A stretch of DNA of 41,695 nt, taken from positions 1 through 41,695 of the IMG/VR virus record IMGVR_UViG_3300045988_111105, one strand, 5' to 3'. A program made the position numbers and the translations under genes. The stretch comes from a virus. How positions within the stretch are numbered: the first letter of the stretch is position 1; each line of letters begins with the position of its first letter. Shown here in pieces: positions 24,109 to 32,380 of this stretch. The notes beneath the pieces were generated by a model. The model was not told the DNA's origin, did not search any database, and worked only from the letters and a program-made list of their open reading frames with translations.

Positions 24109-24648
24109 ATGGCAACAAGACTATCAGATATAGAAAAAAGAAAAATAAAGAGATTGTTTAGCGAAGGAATCAGCATATTAAATATATCTTATGAATTAAA
24201 CAGAAGTAAATCTACTGTTAGAAAGTACATAAACGATGCAGGACTTATTAGAGAACCAAAGGTAGTAGATTTAACAGGACAAGTATTTGGCAGACTTACA
24301 GTATTAGAATTAGATCATGTTAAAAGAAGTACTAGAAACTGGAAATGTCAATGTAGCTGCGGAAATATAACAGTAGTAAGAGAAAGTAACCTACTGCATG
24401 AAATAACCAAAAGTTGTGGATGCATTAAAAGAGAATCTAAAAAGCCTAGTAAGATAGAGGTACAAAAAATAGCCCCTAGACGTAACAGCGGTGGTGCATT
24501 TTTCTTACAAGCTGGAGAAATAAAACTAAAAGGCAATTATGAAAGCGAGAAAAAATGCAGCAAAGTAAAAGAATACAAATTATCACCTCAGGAATTAGAA
24601 AAATATCTAAAAGAGTTAGAAACAAAAGAGATTCAAAGAAGAAAATAA
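24109..24648 (+). CDS. HTH plus Cys-rich zinc-ribbon DNA-binding protein
   Basis: N-terminal IKRLFSEGISILNISYELNRSKSTVRKYI (HTH), followed by FGRLTVLE...WKCQCSCGN...SCGC. Confidence 0.5.
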   Translation: MATRLSDIEKRKIKRLFSEGISILNISYELNRSKSTVRKYINDAGLIREPKVVDLTGQVFGRLTVLELDHVKRSTRNWKCQCSCGNITVVRESNLLHEITKSCGCIKRESKKPSKIEVQKIAPRRNSGGAFFLQAGEIKLKGNYESEKKCSKVKEYKLSPQELEKYLKELETKEIQRRK

Positions 24649-24660
24649 GGAGGGAGAATA

Positions 24661-25050
24661 TTGAAAAATATAATCACAGTAAAAAATATAAAAACTGGTG
24701 AAGTATTAGAATTTACAGGCCAAAATGCAGTAGCGAAGTATCTTACAGGTGTATATGGCAAGAAAATATACGCTGGAGCTGTAGCATCAGCTATAAGACA
24801 AGACGTTCCATATAAAAATACATGGGAAATAAATTTTATAAAAAATGCTAATAAAAAAATATGCGAGTATTGTGGCAAAGAATATACAAGCAATAGAGCC
24901 AATCAAAGATTTTGTAGTAATACTTGTAGAGAAGAATATCGTGCAGAAGAAAAAAGAGGACCAGCGATAAACAGTGAGGCGAAAATAACAAAAGACAAAG
25001 AAATATTAGTACATAAATTAGTGACAATGTTAGAGCCATTAAGAAAATAA
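24661..25050 (+). CDS. Paralog 1 of 3: NUMOD/IENR-like DNA-binding module plus C4 zinc ribbon
   Basis: TTG start after aggaggg. NIKTGEVLEFTGQNAVAKYL...PYKNTWEINFI, then CEYCGKEY...QRFCSNTCREEY, with C-terminal LVHKLVTML. Confidence 0.55.
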   Translation: MKNIITVKNIKTGEVLEFTGQNAVAKYLTGVYGKKIYAGAVASAIRQDVPYKNTWEINFIKNANKKICEYCGKEYTSNRANQRFCSNTCREEYRAEEKRGPAINSEAKITKDKEILVHKLVTMLEPLRK

Positions 25051-25061
25051 GGAGGAAGATT

Positions 25062-25457
25062 ATGAGCGAATACCTATTACAAATGAAAAATGTAAACACT
25101 GGAGAAATAATAAAATTCGAAAGCAAAAAAGATGCAGCAGACTATCTTTCAGGTGTCTACAATAAAAAAATACATGAAAGTATCGTGTCAGGAGTTATAA
25201 AACAAGAAAAACCTTATAAAAAAACATGGGAAATAAATCTAATAGAAGGTGGAGATATAAGAGTATGCGAGTATTGTGGCAAAGAATACAAAAGAAAAAA
25301 CAAAAAACAAAGATTTTGCAGTAATTATTGTAAAGAACAATACATTGTAGTACAAAGAACAAAAGATACACCATTAGTAGCTATGGGAAATAAAGACAAA
25401 GAAAAATTAGTACATAAATTAGTAACAATGTTAGCACCATATAGAACAGCAAAATAG
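25062..25457 (+). CDS. Paralog 2 of 3: NUMOD/IENR-like module plus C4 zinc ribbon
   Basis: NVNTGEIIKFESKKDAADYL...PYKKTWEINLI, CEYCGKEY...QRFCSNYCKEQY, LVHKLVTML. It shares a 23-nt exact block (tgcgagtattgtggcaaagaata) with paralog 1, 404 nt away. Confidence 0.6.
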   Translation: MSEYLLQMKNVNTGEIIKFESKKDAADYLSGVYNKKIHESIVSGVIKQEKPYKKTWEINLIEGGDIRVCEYCGKEYKRKNKKQRFCSNYCKEQYIVVQRTKDTPLVAMGNKDKEKLVHKLVTMLAPYRTAK

Positions 25458-25468
25458 GAGGGGAGCAA

Positions 25469-25696
25469 ATGTTAAGAAATTATAAAGCAAAACCTGTAAT
25501 AGCTACAAATATAAAGACAGGTGAAGTATTAGAGTTTCAAAGTCAATATGCATTAGCAAGATACTTTACAGATTTATACGACATAGAAAGTTCTAGCAAA
25601 AATGTAGGTAGATTAGCAAAACAAAAGAAACCTTATCGCAAAACTTGGAAAATACAATTTAAGGGGGAAGACAATGGAGAGATATCAGCTAAATAA
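25469..25696 (+). CDS. Paralog 3 of 3: N-terminal module only
   Basis: NIKTGEVLEFQSQYALARYF...PYRKTWKIQF, with no zinc ribbon. It overlaps the next gene by 23 nt. Confidence 0.5.
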   Translation: MLRNYKAKPVIATNIKTGEVLEFQSQYALARYFTDLYDIESSSKNVGRLAKQKKPYRKTWKIQFKGEDNGEISAK

Positions 25697-26126
25697 AAAT
25701 AAAGAAGGGTACACAGATTTAACGGCGCTAGAAGGAATTAAGAGAGCAGATAAAGGCAAAACAAATAAACCTAAGACAACAGAAGCACAAGAGCAAAAGA
25801 GCCTTATAGAGTGGGCAAAATGGCAAGAAAAGAAATATCCAGAGTTAAAACTTTTATACCATTGTCCTAATGGTGGAACTAGAAATAAAATGGAAGCTGC
25901 AAATTTAAAAAGACAAGGTGTAAAAGCTGGAGTGCCAGATTTATTCCTACCAGTTCCTAGAGGTAATTCTCATGGCCTATTTCTTGAAATGAAGGTAGGT
26001 AGAAACAAATGCACAGATAATCAAAAGAAATGGATTAGGGCATTAATGGAGCAAGGATATGAAGTAAAAGTGTGTTATAGCGCAGTAGAGGCTATTCAGA
26101 TTATTAAGAGATATTTGGGAATATAG
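25674..26126 (+). CDS. VRR-NUC domain nuclease
   Basis: GVPDLFLPVPRGNSHGLFLEMKVGRNKCTDNQKKWIRALMEQGYEVKVC matches the VRR-NUC core (PDL...E.K...Q..W). Confidence 0.7.
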   Translation: MERYQLNKNKEGYTDLTALEGIKRADKGKTNKPKTTEAQEQKSLIEWAKWQEKKYPELKLLYHCPNGGTRNKMEAANLKRQGVKAGVPDLFLPVPRGNSHGLFLEMKVGRNKCTDNQKKWIRALMEQGYEVKVCYSAVEAIQIIKRYLGI

Positions 26127-26128
26127 AT

Positions 26129-26389
26129 ATGGAATTTGAATGTGAAAACCTAACAACTCTAGGATGCCCAAGAATGGATTCAGTAAAAGAGTTAATGCTA
26201 CTGGAACAAATAGAGAATAACGAAGAACTGGATTTAAACGGAGTTTGTAAGAATCAATGCTGTAAAGACTGTGATAATCTTAATAAATGTGGTTATACAT
26301 GTGGCAGAATTAGTTGGAAGGATCCAGTAGAAGAATTTAAGCAAAAAGAAATAAAGCAAGTTGATTATGAACAACTAAGTTTTATATAG
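26129..26389 (+). CDS. Hypothetical Cys-rich protein
   Basis: 86 aa containing CKNQCCKDCDNLNKCGYTCG. Confidence 0.45.
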   Translation: MEFECENLTTLGCPRMDSVKELMLLEQIENNEELDLNGVCKNQCCKDCDNLNKCGYTCGRISWKDPVEEFKQKEIKQVDYEQLSFI

Positions 26390-26404
26390 GAGGATATAAA
26401 GAAA

Positions 26405-26944
26405 TTGAATACAGAAGAAAAAAACAAATTAGCAGAAGAAAATTTAGGATTAGTTTATTTAGTTGTAAACAAAGAATTTACTTATGAAAAAACTACAGAA
26501 AGCGATAGAGAAAACTACATAGAAGAAGGTATGATTGGATTAGCAAAAGCTATTAATACATTTAATCCAAGTAAAGGTGCTAAATTTAGTACATATGCTT
26601 ATACATGCATAAAATTTGAAATAAATAGCTATGTAAGAAAGAAAAACAATCATAAAAGAAAAATAAACTATGTTTGTAAAAATTCAATAGATGAATATAT
26701 AAAAACTCACAAAGATATTTTAATGGATACGAAAGATGCTTATTCTTCTTTAGTAAATAGAGATGAAATATTAAATATACTTGGAAAGATGAAGATAAAA
26801 AATATAAAGTATATCACTTTAAAACGTGCAGAAGGTTATACGTATGAAAAAATAGGTAATAAAATTGGAGTTAGCAAAGAAACAATACGAGCAAGATTGA
26901 ATAAAGCTAAAAAAGAATTAATCGAATTAGGAATAACTGCATAA
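26405..26944 (+). CDS. Phage-encoded sigma-70 family RNA polymerase sigma factor
   Basis: TTG start after aggagg. Region 2 is EEGMIGLAKAINTFNPSKGAKFSTYAYTCIKFEINSYVRK. Region 4 HTH is LKRAEGYTYEKIGNKIGVSKETIRARLNKAKKEL. Confidence 0.8.
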   Translation: MNTEEKNKLAEENLGLVYLVVNKEFTYEKTTESDRENYIEEGMIGLAKAINTFNPSKGAKFSTYAYTCIKFEINSYVRKKNNHKRKINYVCKNSIDEYIKTHKDILMDTKDAYSSLVNRDEILNILGKMKIKNIKYITLKRAEGYTYEKIGNKIGVSKETIRARLNKAKKELIELGITA

Positions 26945-26955
26945 GGGAGGATAGT

Positions 26956-27183
26956 ATGGAAGAAAAATACATATACAAGTGTGAATATTGCGGGAAAGTT
27001 TACGACTGCAGAAAGCAAAAACATTATACGATTGACATTCCTGGAGAAAAGTTTTTAAAACAAACTTGCAGTTTGAAATGTGCAGAAAAGTATAAAGATA
27101 GATTAATAGAGGAAACAGAAAAAAGATGCTTAAATCTAAGACAAAATACTAAAATTGTTGAATATTGCAAGGAGGGAATATGA
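26956..27183 (+). CDS. Hypothetical zinc-ribbon protein
   Basis: 75 aa containing YKCEYCGKVY...CSLKCAEKY. RBS agggagg. Confidence 0.5.
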   Translation: MEEKYIYKCEYCGKVYDCRKQKHYTIDIPGEKFLKQTCSLKCAEKYKDRLIEETEKRCLNLRQNTKIVEYCKEGI

Positions 27184-27247
27184 TAAAAGCACAAAGAGAA
27201 ATGCTAACAGTTAGTGACCAGTTATGTTTATTTTAGGAGGTGATTAA

Positions 27248-27373
27248 TTGATATTAGCAAGATACAAAGAATTAGTCGAACTGGCTAAGAAATACATAGA
27301 AAAGGGATATAAACCTATTGATGCTATTAAATTAGCTGAAAAGGAATTGGAGGAAGATTATGAGAGAAATTAA
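27248..27373 (+). CDS. Possible 41-aa protein (TTG start)
   Basis: aggaggtgattaaTTG gives ILARYKELVELAKKYIEKGYKPIDAIKLAEKELEEDYERN. It overlaps the YopX start by 14 nt. Not in the track. Confidence 0.3.
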   Translation: MILARYKELVELAKKYIEKGYKPIDAIKLAEKELEEDYERN

Positions 27374-27752
27374 GTTAAGAGCATGGGATATTGAAGCAAA
27401 TGATTGGGCATACGGAACATTAAATATAAAACGATTTAGATTTGATATCAAATGCGATATCTATGGTCAACTCGTTGAAGGATATGGAATTGATGGGCTA
27501 ATCAAAGAAGAAACTATGAGCGAATACACAGGATATAAAGATATTAATGATGTGGAAATATACGAAGGTGACATAGTAGAAACAACTAGAACTTTAAATC
27601 ATATCGTAGGAGTAGTAACCATGATTAAAAGTTGTTGGTATATACAAGATGGAAAAGATAGTTATTACAGACTTATACCTAGATTTGGGACTGCTGAGAA
27701 TAAAATTATAGGAAATATATACGAAAATAAAGAACTACTGGAGGTGGAATAA
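27360..27752 (+). CDS. YopX-family protein
   Basis: MREIKLRAWD...EYTGYKDINDVEIYEGDIV...IIGNIYENKELL matches the YopX pattern. Confidence 0.7.
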   Translation: MREIKLRAWDIEANDWAYGTLNIKRFRFDIKCDIYGQLVEGYGIDGLIKEETMSEYTGYKDINDVEIYEGDIVETTRTLNHIVGVVTMIKSCWYIQDGKDSYYRLIPRFGTAENKIIGNIYENKELLEVE

Positions 27753-27928
27753 TGGAAGATAGAAAAGAGTTAATAAAAAAAGCATTACTAACAATAAAAA
27801 AAGAATGTAGTAGATATGATGAATGCGAAGATGGACAATGCATAGTATTGGAATTACTGCCTAGTCTTGATATATGTCCGTTATACCATAATAGTCCAGA
27901 AGATTGGGAGATAGAAGAACATGAATAG
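27752..27928 (+). CDS. Hypothetical 58-aa Cys-containing protein
   Basis: TAATG overlap with YopX. Sequence MEDRKELIKKALLTIKKECSRYDECEDGQCIVLE... The co-oriented ORF is preferred over the 79-aa antisense track ORF at 27706..27945. Confidence 0.4.
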   Translation: MEDRKELIKKALLTIKKECSRYDECEDGQCIVLELLPSLDICPLYHNSPEDWEIEEHE

Positions 27929-28078
27929 AGCAATAGCAGATGCAATAATTATAGTGGTTATTGGTGCATGGATAGTAAGTAGATTATGCATGTAAAATAC
28001 AAATAATTGACATAAAAAAAGGAATGCTTTCACATTCCGACAAATTCCTTAATAATATTATAACAGGAGTGTGGGAGC

Positions 28079-28564
28079 ATGGCAATATTAAATGTAAGTG
28101 AACAAGCAAAAGAATTAGCTAAGGAAGTAGTATTTGAAATAAAAAAACAACAAAAAGACAAAAGATTACACAATACTAAACTATTAATGAAAAACTACGA
28201 CAAACTAAAAAATCATATAGAAAAAGTTAATAGCGATGGCTTCAAAGGATATTTTGGAGAAGAATTACAAGATGCACTAGAAGAAAATGATATATTTCTT
28301 AACAGTGTACTTAGAACAAAAGCAAGAACAGCACAAATGGTTTCTTGTATAGATATATCATTAGAAATATTAGCTGATGAATACGAAGAAAACGGAACTT
28401 ATTACATATACGATGCTTTTCATATGTATTACATAGAAAAAATTACATATGAAGAAATAGCTGAAAGACTTAATACAGGCAAGAACACTCCAGCAAGATG
28501 GGCAAAAGAGGTGCTAAATAAGTTAAGTATCTTATTATGGGGAGTTGAAGCATTGGGGATTTAA
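28079..28564 (+). CDS. ArpU/RinA-like late-gene transcriptional activator (sigma region-4-like HTH)
   Basis: 161 aa, the last gene before the packaging module. The C-terminal YYIEKITYEEIAERLNTGKNTPARWAKEVLNKL is HTH-like. Confidence 0.5.
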   Translation: MAILNVSEQAKELAKEVVFEIKKQQKDKRLHNTKLLMKNYDKLKNHIEKVNSDGFKGYFGEELQDALEENDIFLNSVLRTKARTAQMVSCIDISLEILADEYEENGTYYIYDAFHMYYIEKITYEEIAERLNTGKNTPARWAKEVLNKLSILLWGVEALGI

Positions 28565-28824
28565 TAGGGAATACATGGGGTTTTCGTGGGGGTTTACCAG
28601 TAATATAATGATAGTATAGAGAAAGTATAATTTAAGGGTACTTCTTTACGAACTCTTATTGAATGTCAGATAGCCTGGTAACCTATTTGACTAGTATAAT
28701 TGCTACAGTTTTTTAAAACATTGGTTTTTTCTTGGCACAGACTTGTGCCCTCCTTAAGTATTAAGTATATAATTAACAACTTAGTTATGACAGGAAATGG
28801 CTGAGGGTGAAACCTCAGCAACGT

Positions 28825-28880
28825 GCAAGTAATGGAAATCACTCCCCCATGTGATACAGGTTCGAATCCTGTAGCTTGCT
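28825..28880 (+). ncRNA. tRNA-like module: acceptor-like stem plus one hairpin plus canonical T-arm, with no D-arm
   Basis: T-arm acagg-TTCGAAT-cctgt (28856-72). Acceptor gcaagt (28825-30) pairs with agcttgc (28873-79), 6 bp including one G.U. Internal hairpin atgg...ccat. Only 56 nt in total, so it is not a canonical tRNA. Confidence 0.45.
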
Positions 28881-28941
28881 AATTGTAATTACTATCATAC
28901 AACAACAGAAACAGATTTTAATCTCATACTCAATTTGAAAA

Positions 28942-28968
28942 AGAGCCCTTCATGGGCTCCTTTTGTTG
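28942..28968 (+). terminator. Rho-independent terminator closing the noncoding locus
   Basis: agagccc-ttcat-gggctc followed by cttttgttg, about 25 nt before the next ATG. Confidence 0.65.
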
Positions 28969-28990
28969 TGCAAAGAAAGAGTTGATCTAA

Positions 28991-29257
28991 ATGAGTAGAA
29001 AAATATTTCAAAGAAAAGAGTATTCAATTTATAGATGCAGTGACGGATTTGTTGTACATAATACAAACAAGAAATTTGAAAACGGACATACACATGTAAA
29101 TAATTTTTATAAAGCTAAGATACTGGTTATTATGGCTATAAAAAGAGAGATTGACGATAAACTAAGTAAAAGAGATATAGAAAGTCTTATTAGATTAACA
29201 AATGATAATAGATATAGAAATAAATTATTAGAATTAGAAAGGAGTGGTATTAAGTGA
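28991..29257 (+). CDS. Hypothetical protein upstream of terminase
   Basis: 88-aa ORF whose stop overlaps the terS GTG start. Confidence 0.5.
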   Translation: MSRKIFQRKEYSIYRCSDGFVVHNTNKKFENGHTHVNNFYKAKILVIMAIKREIDDKLSKRDIESLIRLTNDNRYRNKLLELERSGIK

Positions 29258-29700
29258 AACTAACTGAAAAACAGAAAGCATTTTGTGACTATTATATAGA
29301 ATCACTTAATGCTACTGAAAGTTATAAAAAAGCTTATAATTGCACTAATGAAACTACAGCAAGGACAAATGGAGCTAAAAACCTTCAAAAACCTTTAATC
29401 AAAAAATACATAGAAGAACAATTAAAACAAATGAAGTCAAATAGAATAGCAGACGCGACAGAAGTATTGGAATACCTTACAAGAATTATAAGAAATGAAG
29501 AAACAGAAGAAGCTGTATTGACAGTAAATACAGGTGATTTTACAAGTGAGGTGCGAAAGGTCCAAAAAGAAATTTCGGCTAAAGATAAAATAAAAGCTGC
29601 TGAGCTTCTAGGTAAAAGATACGGCTTATACACTGAAAAAGTAGAAGTAAATGGAGACATGGGAGTTAAAATAGTTGATGATATCCCTGATGAAGAATGA
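29254..29700 (+). CDS. terS: Terminase small subunit
   Basis: LTEKQKAFCDYYIESLNATESYKKAYNCTNETTARTNGAKNLQKPLIKKYI is the typical Terminase_2 N-terminus. GTG start. Confidence 0.85.
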   Translation: MKLTEKQKAFCDYYIESLNATESYKKAYNCTNETTARTNGAKNLQKPLIKKYIEEQLKQMKSNRIADATEVLEYLTRIIRNEETEEAVLTVNTGDFTSEVRKVQKEISAKDKIKAAELLGKRYGLYTEKVEVNGDMGVKIVDDIPDEE

Positions 29701-30965
29701 AACTGACAGAATTAATCGCTCCAAGTTTTTATAAAGTACATCATGATATAAAACAAGGTAAACATACACATTACTGGTTTAAAGGTGGCCGTGGTAGTAC
29801 TAAATCATCATTTATAGGTACAGAAATACCTCTTAATATGATGAAGGATGCTGAAAAAGGAATATATTCAAATGCTGTTATTTTTAGGCGAGTAAAAGAT
29901 GTTTTAAGAAGCTCAGTATTTGAACAGATTTTATGGTCCATAGAAAAACTTGGCGTTACAAGCAAATGGAAAGTAAGTTACTCTCCATTGAAGCTTACTT
30001 ACATACCTACAGGCCAAGAAATACTTTTTAGAGGTGCTGACAATCCTAAAAAAGTTAAATCTATAAAAGTATCAAAAGGATATATAAAATATATATGGTT
30101 TGAAGAAGTAGACGAATTTGAAAACTACGATAAGATAAGAAATATAAATCAATCTCTTATGCGTGGTGGACCTAAGTTTTTTGTATTTTATTCTTTTAAC
30201 CCTCCAGAATCACAAAGAAACTGGGCGAACATGGAAGTATTAGACGAAAGAACAGATAAATATGTGCATCATAGCGATTACAGAAGTGTACCGAAAGATT
30301 GGTTAGGAGAACAATTCATAATAGAAGCTGAACACCTTAAAAAAGTAAATGTAACGAAATATGAACATGATTATTTAGGTGCTGTTACTGGTACAGGTGG
30401 AGAAGTATTCTTAAATGTAACAATAAGAAAAATAACTGATGAAGAAATAAAGAACTTTGATAGATTAAAAAGAGGGCTTGACTGGGGATACGCACAAGAC
30501 CCATTTGCTTATATTGTTATGAATTACGATAAAACAAGAAAAAGATTATATATATTTAAAGAAATATATCAAACTAGATTATCTAATTCAAAAGCAGCTG
30601 AAAAAATAAAACAATTAGATCCTAATCCAAAACTTATTATTGCAGACTCAGCTGAACCTAAATCTATAAAAGATTTAAAGGACTTAGGCTTAAAAGTAAG
30701 AGGAGCTAAAAAAGGGCCTGATAGTGTAGACTATGGAATCAAATTTTTATCAGAAGAAATAGAAGAAATAATAATAGATAGTGATAGATGCCCTAATACG
30801 GCTAGAGAGTTTTTAGGATATGAAACTGAAAAAGATAAAGATGGAAACTTTAAAGGTGAGTATCCAGACAAAAACAATCATACAATAGATGCAGCAAGAT
30901 ATGCTATGGAAGATGAAATCAGACAAAACAGAATTAAATCTAAGAAATTAAATCTAGGAATATAG
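29697..30965 (+). CDS. terL: Terminase large subunit (PBSX-type)
   Basis: Walker A is FKGGRGSTKSS. The C-terminal nuclease region is GLDWGYAQDP...DKNNHTIDAARYA. ATGA overlap with terS. Confidence 0.9.
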   Translation: MKLTELIAPSFYKVHHDIKQGKHTHYWFKGGRGSTKSSFIGTEIPLNMMKDAEKGIYSNAVIFRRVKDVLRSSVFEQILWSIEKLGVTSKWKVSYSPLKLTYIPTGQEILFRGADNPKKVKSIKVSKGYIKYIWFEEVDEFENYDKIRNINQSLMRGGPKFFVFYSFNPPESQRNWANMEVLDERTDKYVHHSDYRSVPKDWLGEQFIIEAEHLKKVNVTKYEHDYLGAVTGTGGEVFLNVTIRKITDEEIKNFDRLKRGLDWGYAQDPFAYIVMNYDKTRKRLYIFKEIYQTRLSNSKAAEKIKQLDPNPKLIIADSAEPKSIKDLKDLGLKVRGAKKGPDSVDYGIKFLSEEIEEIIIDSDRCPNTAREFLGYETEKDKDGNFKGEYPDKNNHTIDAARYAMEDEIRQNRIKSKKLNLGI

Positions 30966-30976
30966 GAGGTGAGAAA

Positions 30977-32380
30977 TTGATATTAATACCAGGATTTGAA
31001 GAAGTAAAAAGACCTATATTTATTACAGATAAAGAAAGACTGGAGCTTGATAATGTACAAAATATATTAAATGAGCATCAGTGGTTTAAATCTGAAAAAT
31101 ACTATAGGAATTTGAAATATTATGAAGGTTATCACGAAATATTAAATAGGACAATGGAAGACCCTAAAAAACCTAATAATAAAATAGTTGTAAACCTTCC
31201 TAGCTTCACAACAGATATAAGAACTGGTTATTTTAGTGGAGAACCTCTTACTTTTTCTAGTGAAGATGACAATACAACAGAAACAATAAATAATATCCTT
31301 GATTATAATGATTTTCAAGATGTAAATACAGAGCTTGACCGATTAACTAGTATCTACGGCCATGCTTTTTTAATTTTATATATTGATAAAGATGCAAATA
31401 TAAGGTTTGCGACAGAAACTCCTGATAACATGATTATTGTTTATGACAATAGCTTAGAGAAGAATATTGTAGGAGCTGTAAGGTATTACTATTATACAGA
31501 TGTATCTGATAATGAACAAAAGGTTTATATGACAGTCTACAACAAAGATATGATTGAATACTATAACGGCGAAGTAGGAGCGCCAAAGTTAGTTGATATA
31601 GAAGAAAATCACTTTGATGGCATTCCTGTTATTGAATTTGTAGAGAATGAAAATCGTAAAGGCTGCTATGAGGATGCAATAAGTATAGTAGATGCAATAG
31701 AATCTGTTATTAGTAGTTCAGTTAATGAGATAGAGTACTTTGATAATGCTTACTTACTGTTAAAAAATTTAGCTGGGACAGAAAAAGAAGATATCGACAA
31801 GATGAAAGAAAATCGAGTTATGTTAGTTGAAGATGACGGTGATGCTGAATTTATTACAAAAACAGTAGATGATGATTATACTCAAAACTTGCTTAATAGA
31901 TTAGTTAATGACTATCACAAAGTCACTAAAACACCTAACCTAACAGATGAAAAGTTTGCTGGAAATGTATCTGGTGTATCGCTTAAATTTAAATTATTTG
32001 CATTAGAGAAGGATATGGCCAAGAAAGAGAGCAAATGGAAAAAGTCAATCCAAAGAATGCTAGAGCTTATATGCACTGTTTTAAACATAAAAGGAACAAG
32101 TATTGATTACAGAACTATCAAGATAACATTTACTAGAGCATTACCAACTAATACATTAGAACAAGCTCAAATGGTTTCTCAGTTATCTGGAATAGTTTCA
32201 AGAGAAACATTATTAGCTCAGTTAGATTTTATTGAAAATCCTAAGCAAGAAATAGAATTGATAGATAAAGAGCAAGAGGAACAAATGAAAAAGTTTGATA
32301 TGTATGCTGATAGTAATGTAGTTGGTGATCCAAAAGAGGGAGATAAATCTCAATGGGCAGAAGAGCAAAGTATTACTTAG
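30977..32380 (+). CDS. Portal protein (SPP1 gp6-like)
   Basis: 467 aa, directly after terL. TTG start after aggaggtgagaaa. Size and position are typical of a portal. Confidence 0.8.
   Translation: MILIPGFEEVKRPIFITDKERLELDNVQNILNEHQWFKSEKYYRNLKYYEGYHEILNRTMEDPKKPNNKIVVNLPSFTTDIRTGYFSGEPLTFSSEDDNTTETINNILDYNDFQDVNTELDRLTSIYGHAFLILYIDKDANIRFATETPDNMIIVYDNSLEKNIVGAVRYYYYTDVSDNEQKVYMTVYNKDMIEYYNGEVGAPKLVDIEENHFDGIPVIEFVENENRKGCYEDAISIVDAIESVISSSVNEIEYFDNAYLLLKNLAGTEKEDIDKMKENRVMLVEDDGDAEFITKTVDDDYTQNLLNRLVNDYHKVTKTPNLTDEKFAGNVSGVSLKFKLFALEKDMAKKESKWKKSIQRMLELICTVLNIKGTSIDYRTIKITFTRALPTNTLEQAQMVSQLSGIVSRETLLAQLDFIENPKQEIELIDKEQEEQMKKFDMYADSNVVGDPKEGDKSQWAEEQSIT

Noticed and set aside
28800-28819. 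A hammerhead-like CUGA...GAAA signature in gctgagggtgaaacctcagc.
   Set aside because: There is no stem II between the CUGA and GAAA boxes and no three-way junction. It is a simple 7-bp hairpin.
28790-28880. A canonical tRNA gene, suggested by the GGTTCGAATCC T-loop and the GGCTGAG..GAAA D-arm-like string that resembles class II tRNAs.
   Set aside because: No 5' acceptor strand complementary to agcttgc lies at tRNA distance. No D-arm or 7-nt anticodon loop with U33 can be drawn. Only a 56-nt truncated fold works, so it is reported as a tRNA-like element and not as a tRNA.
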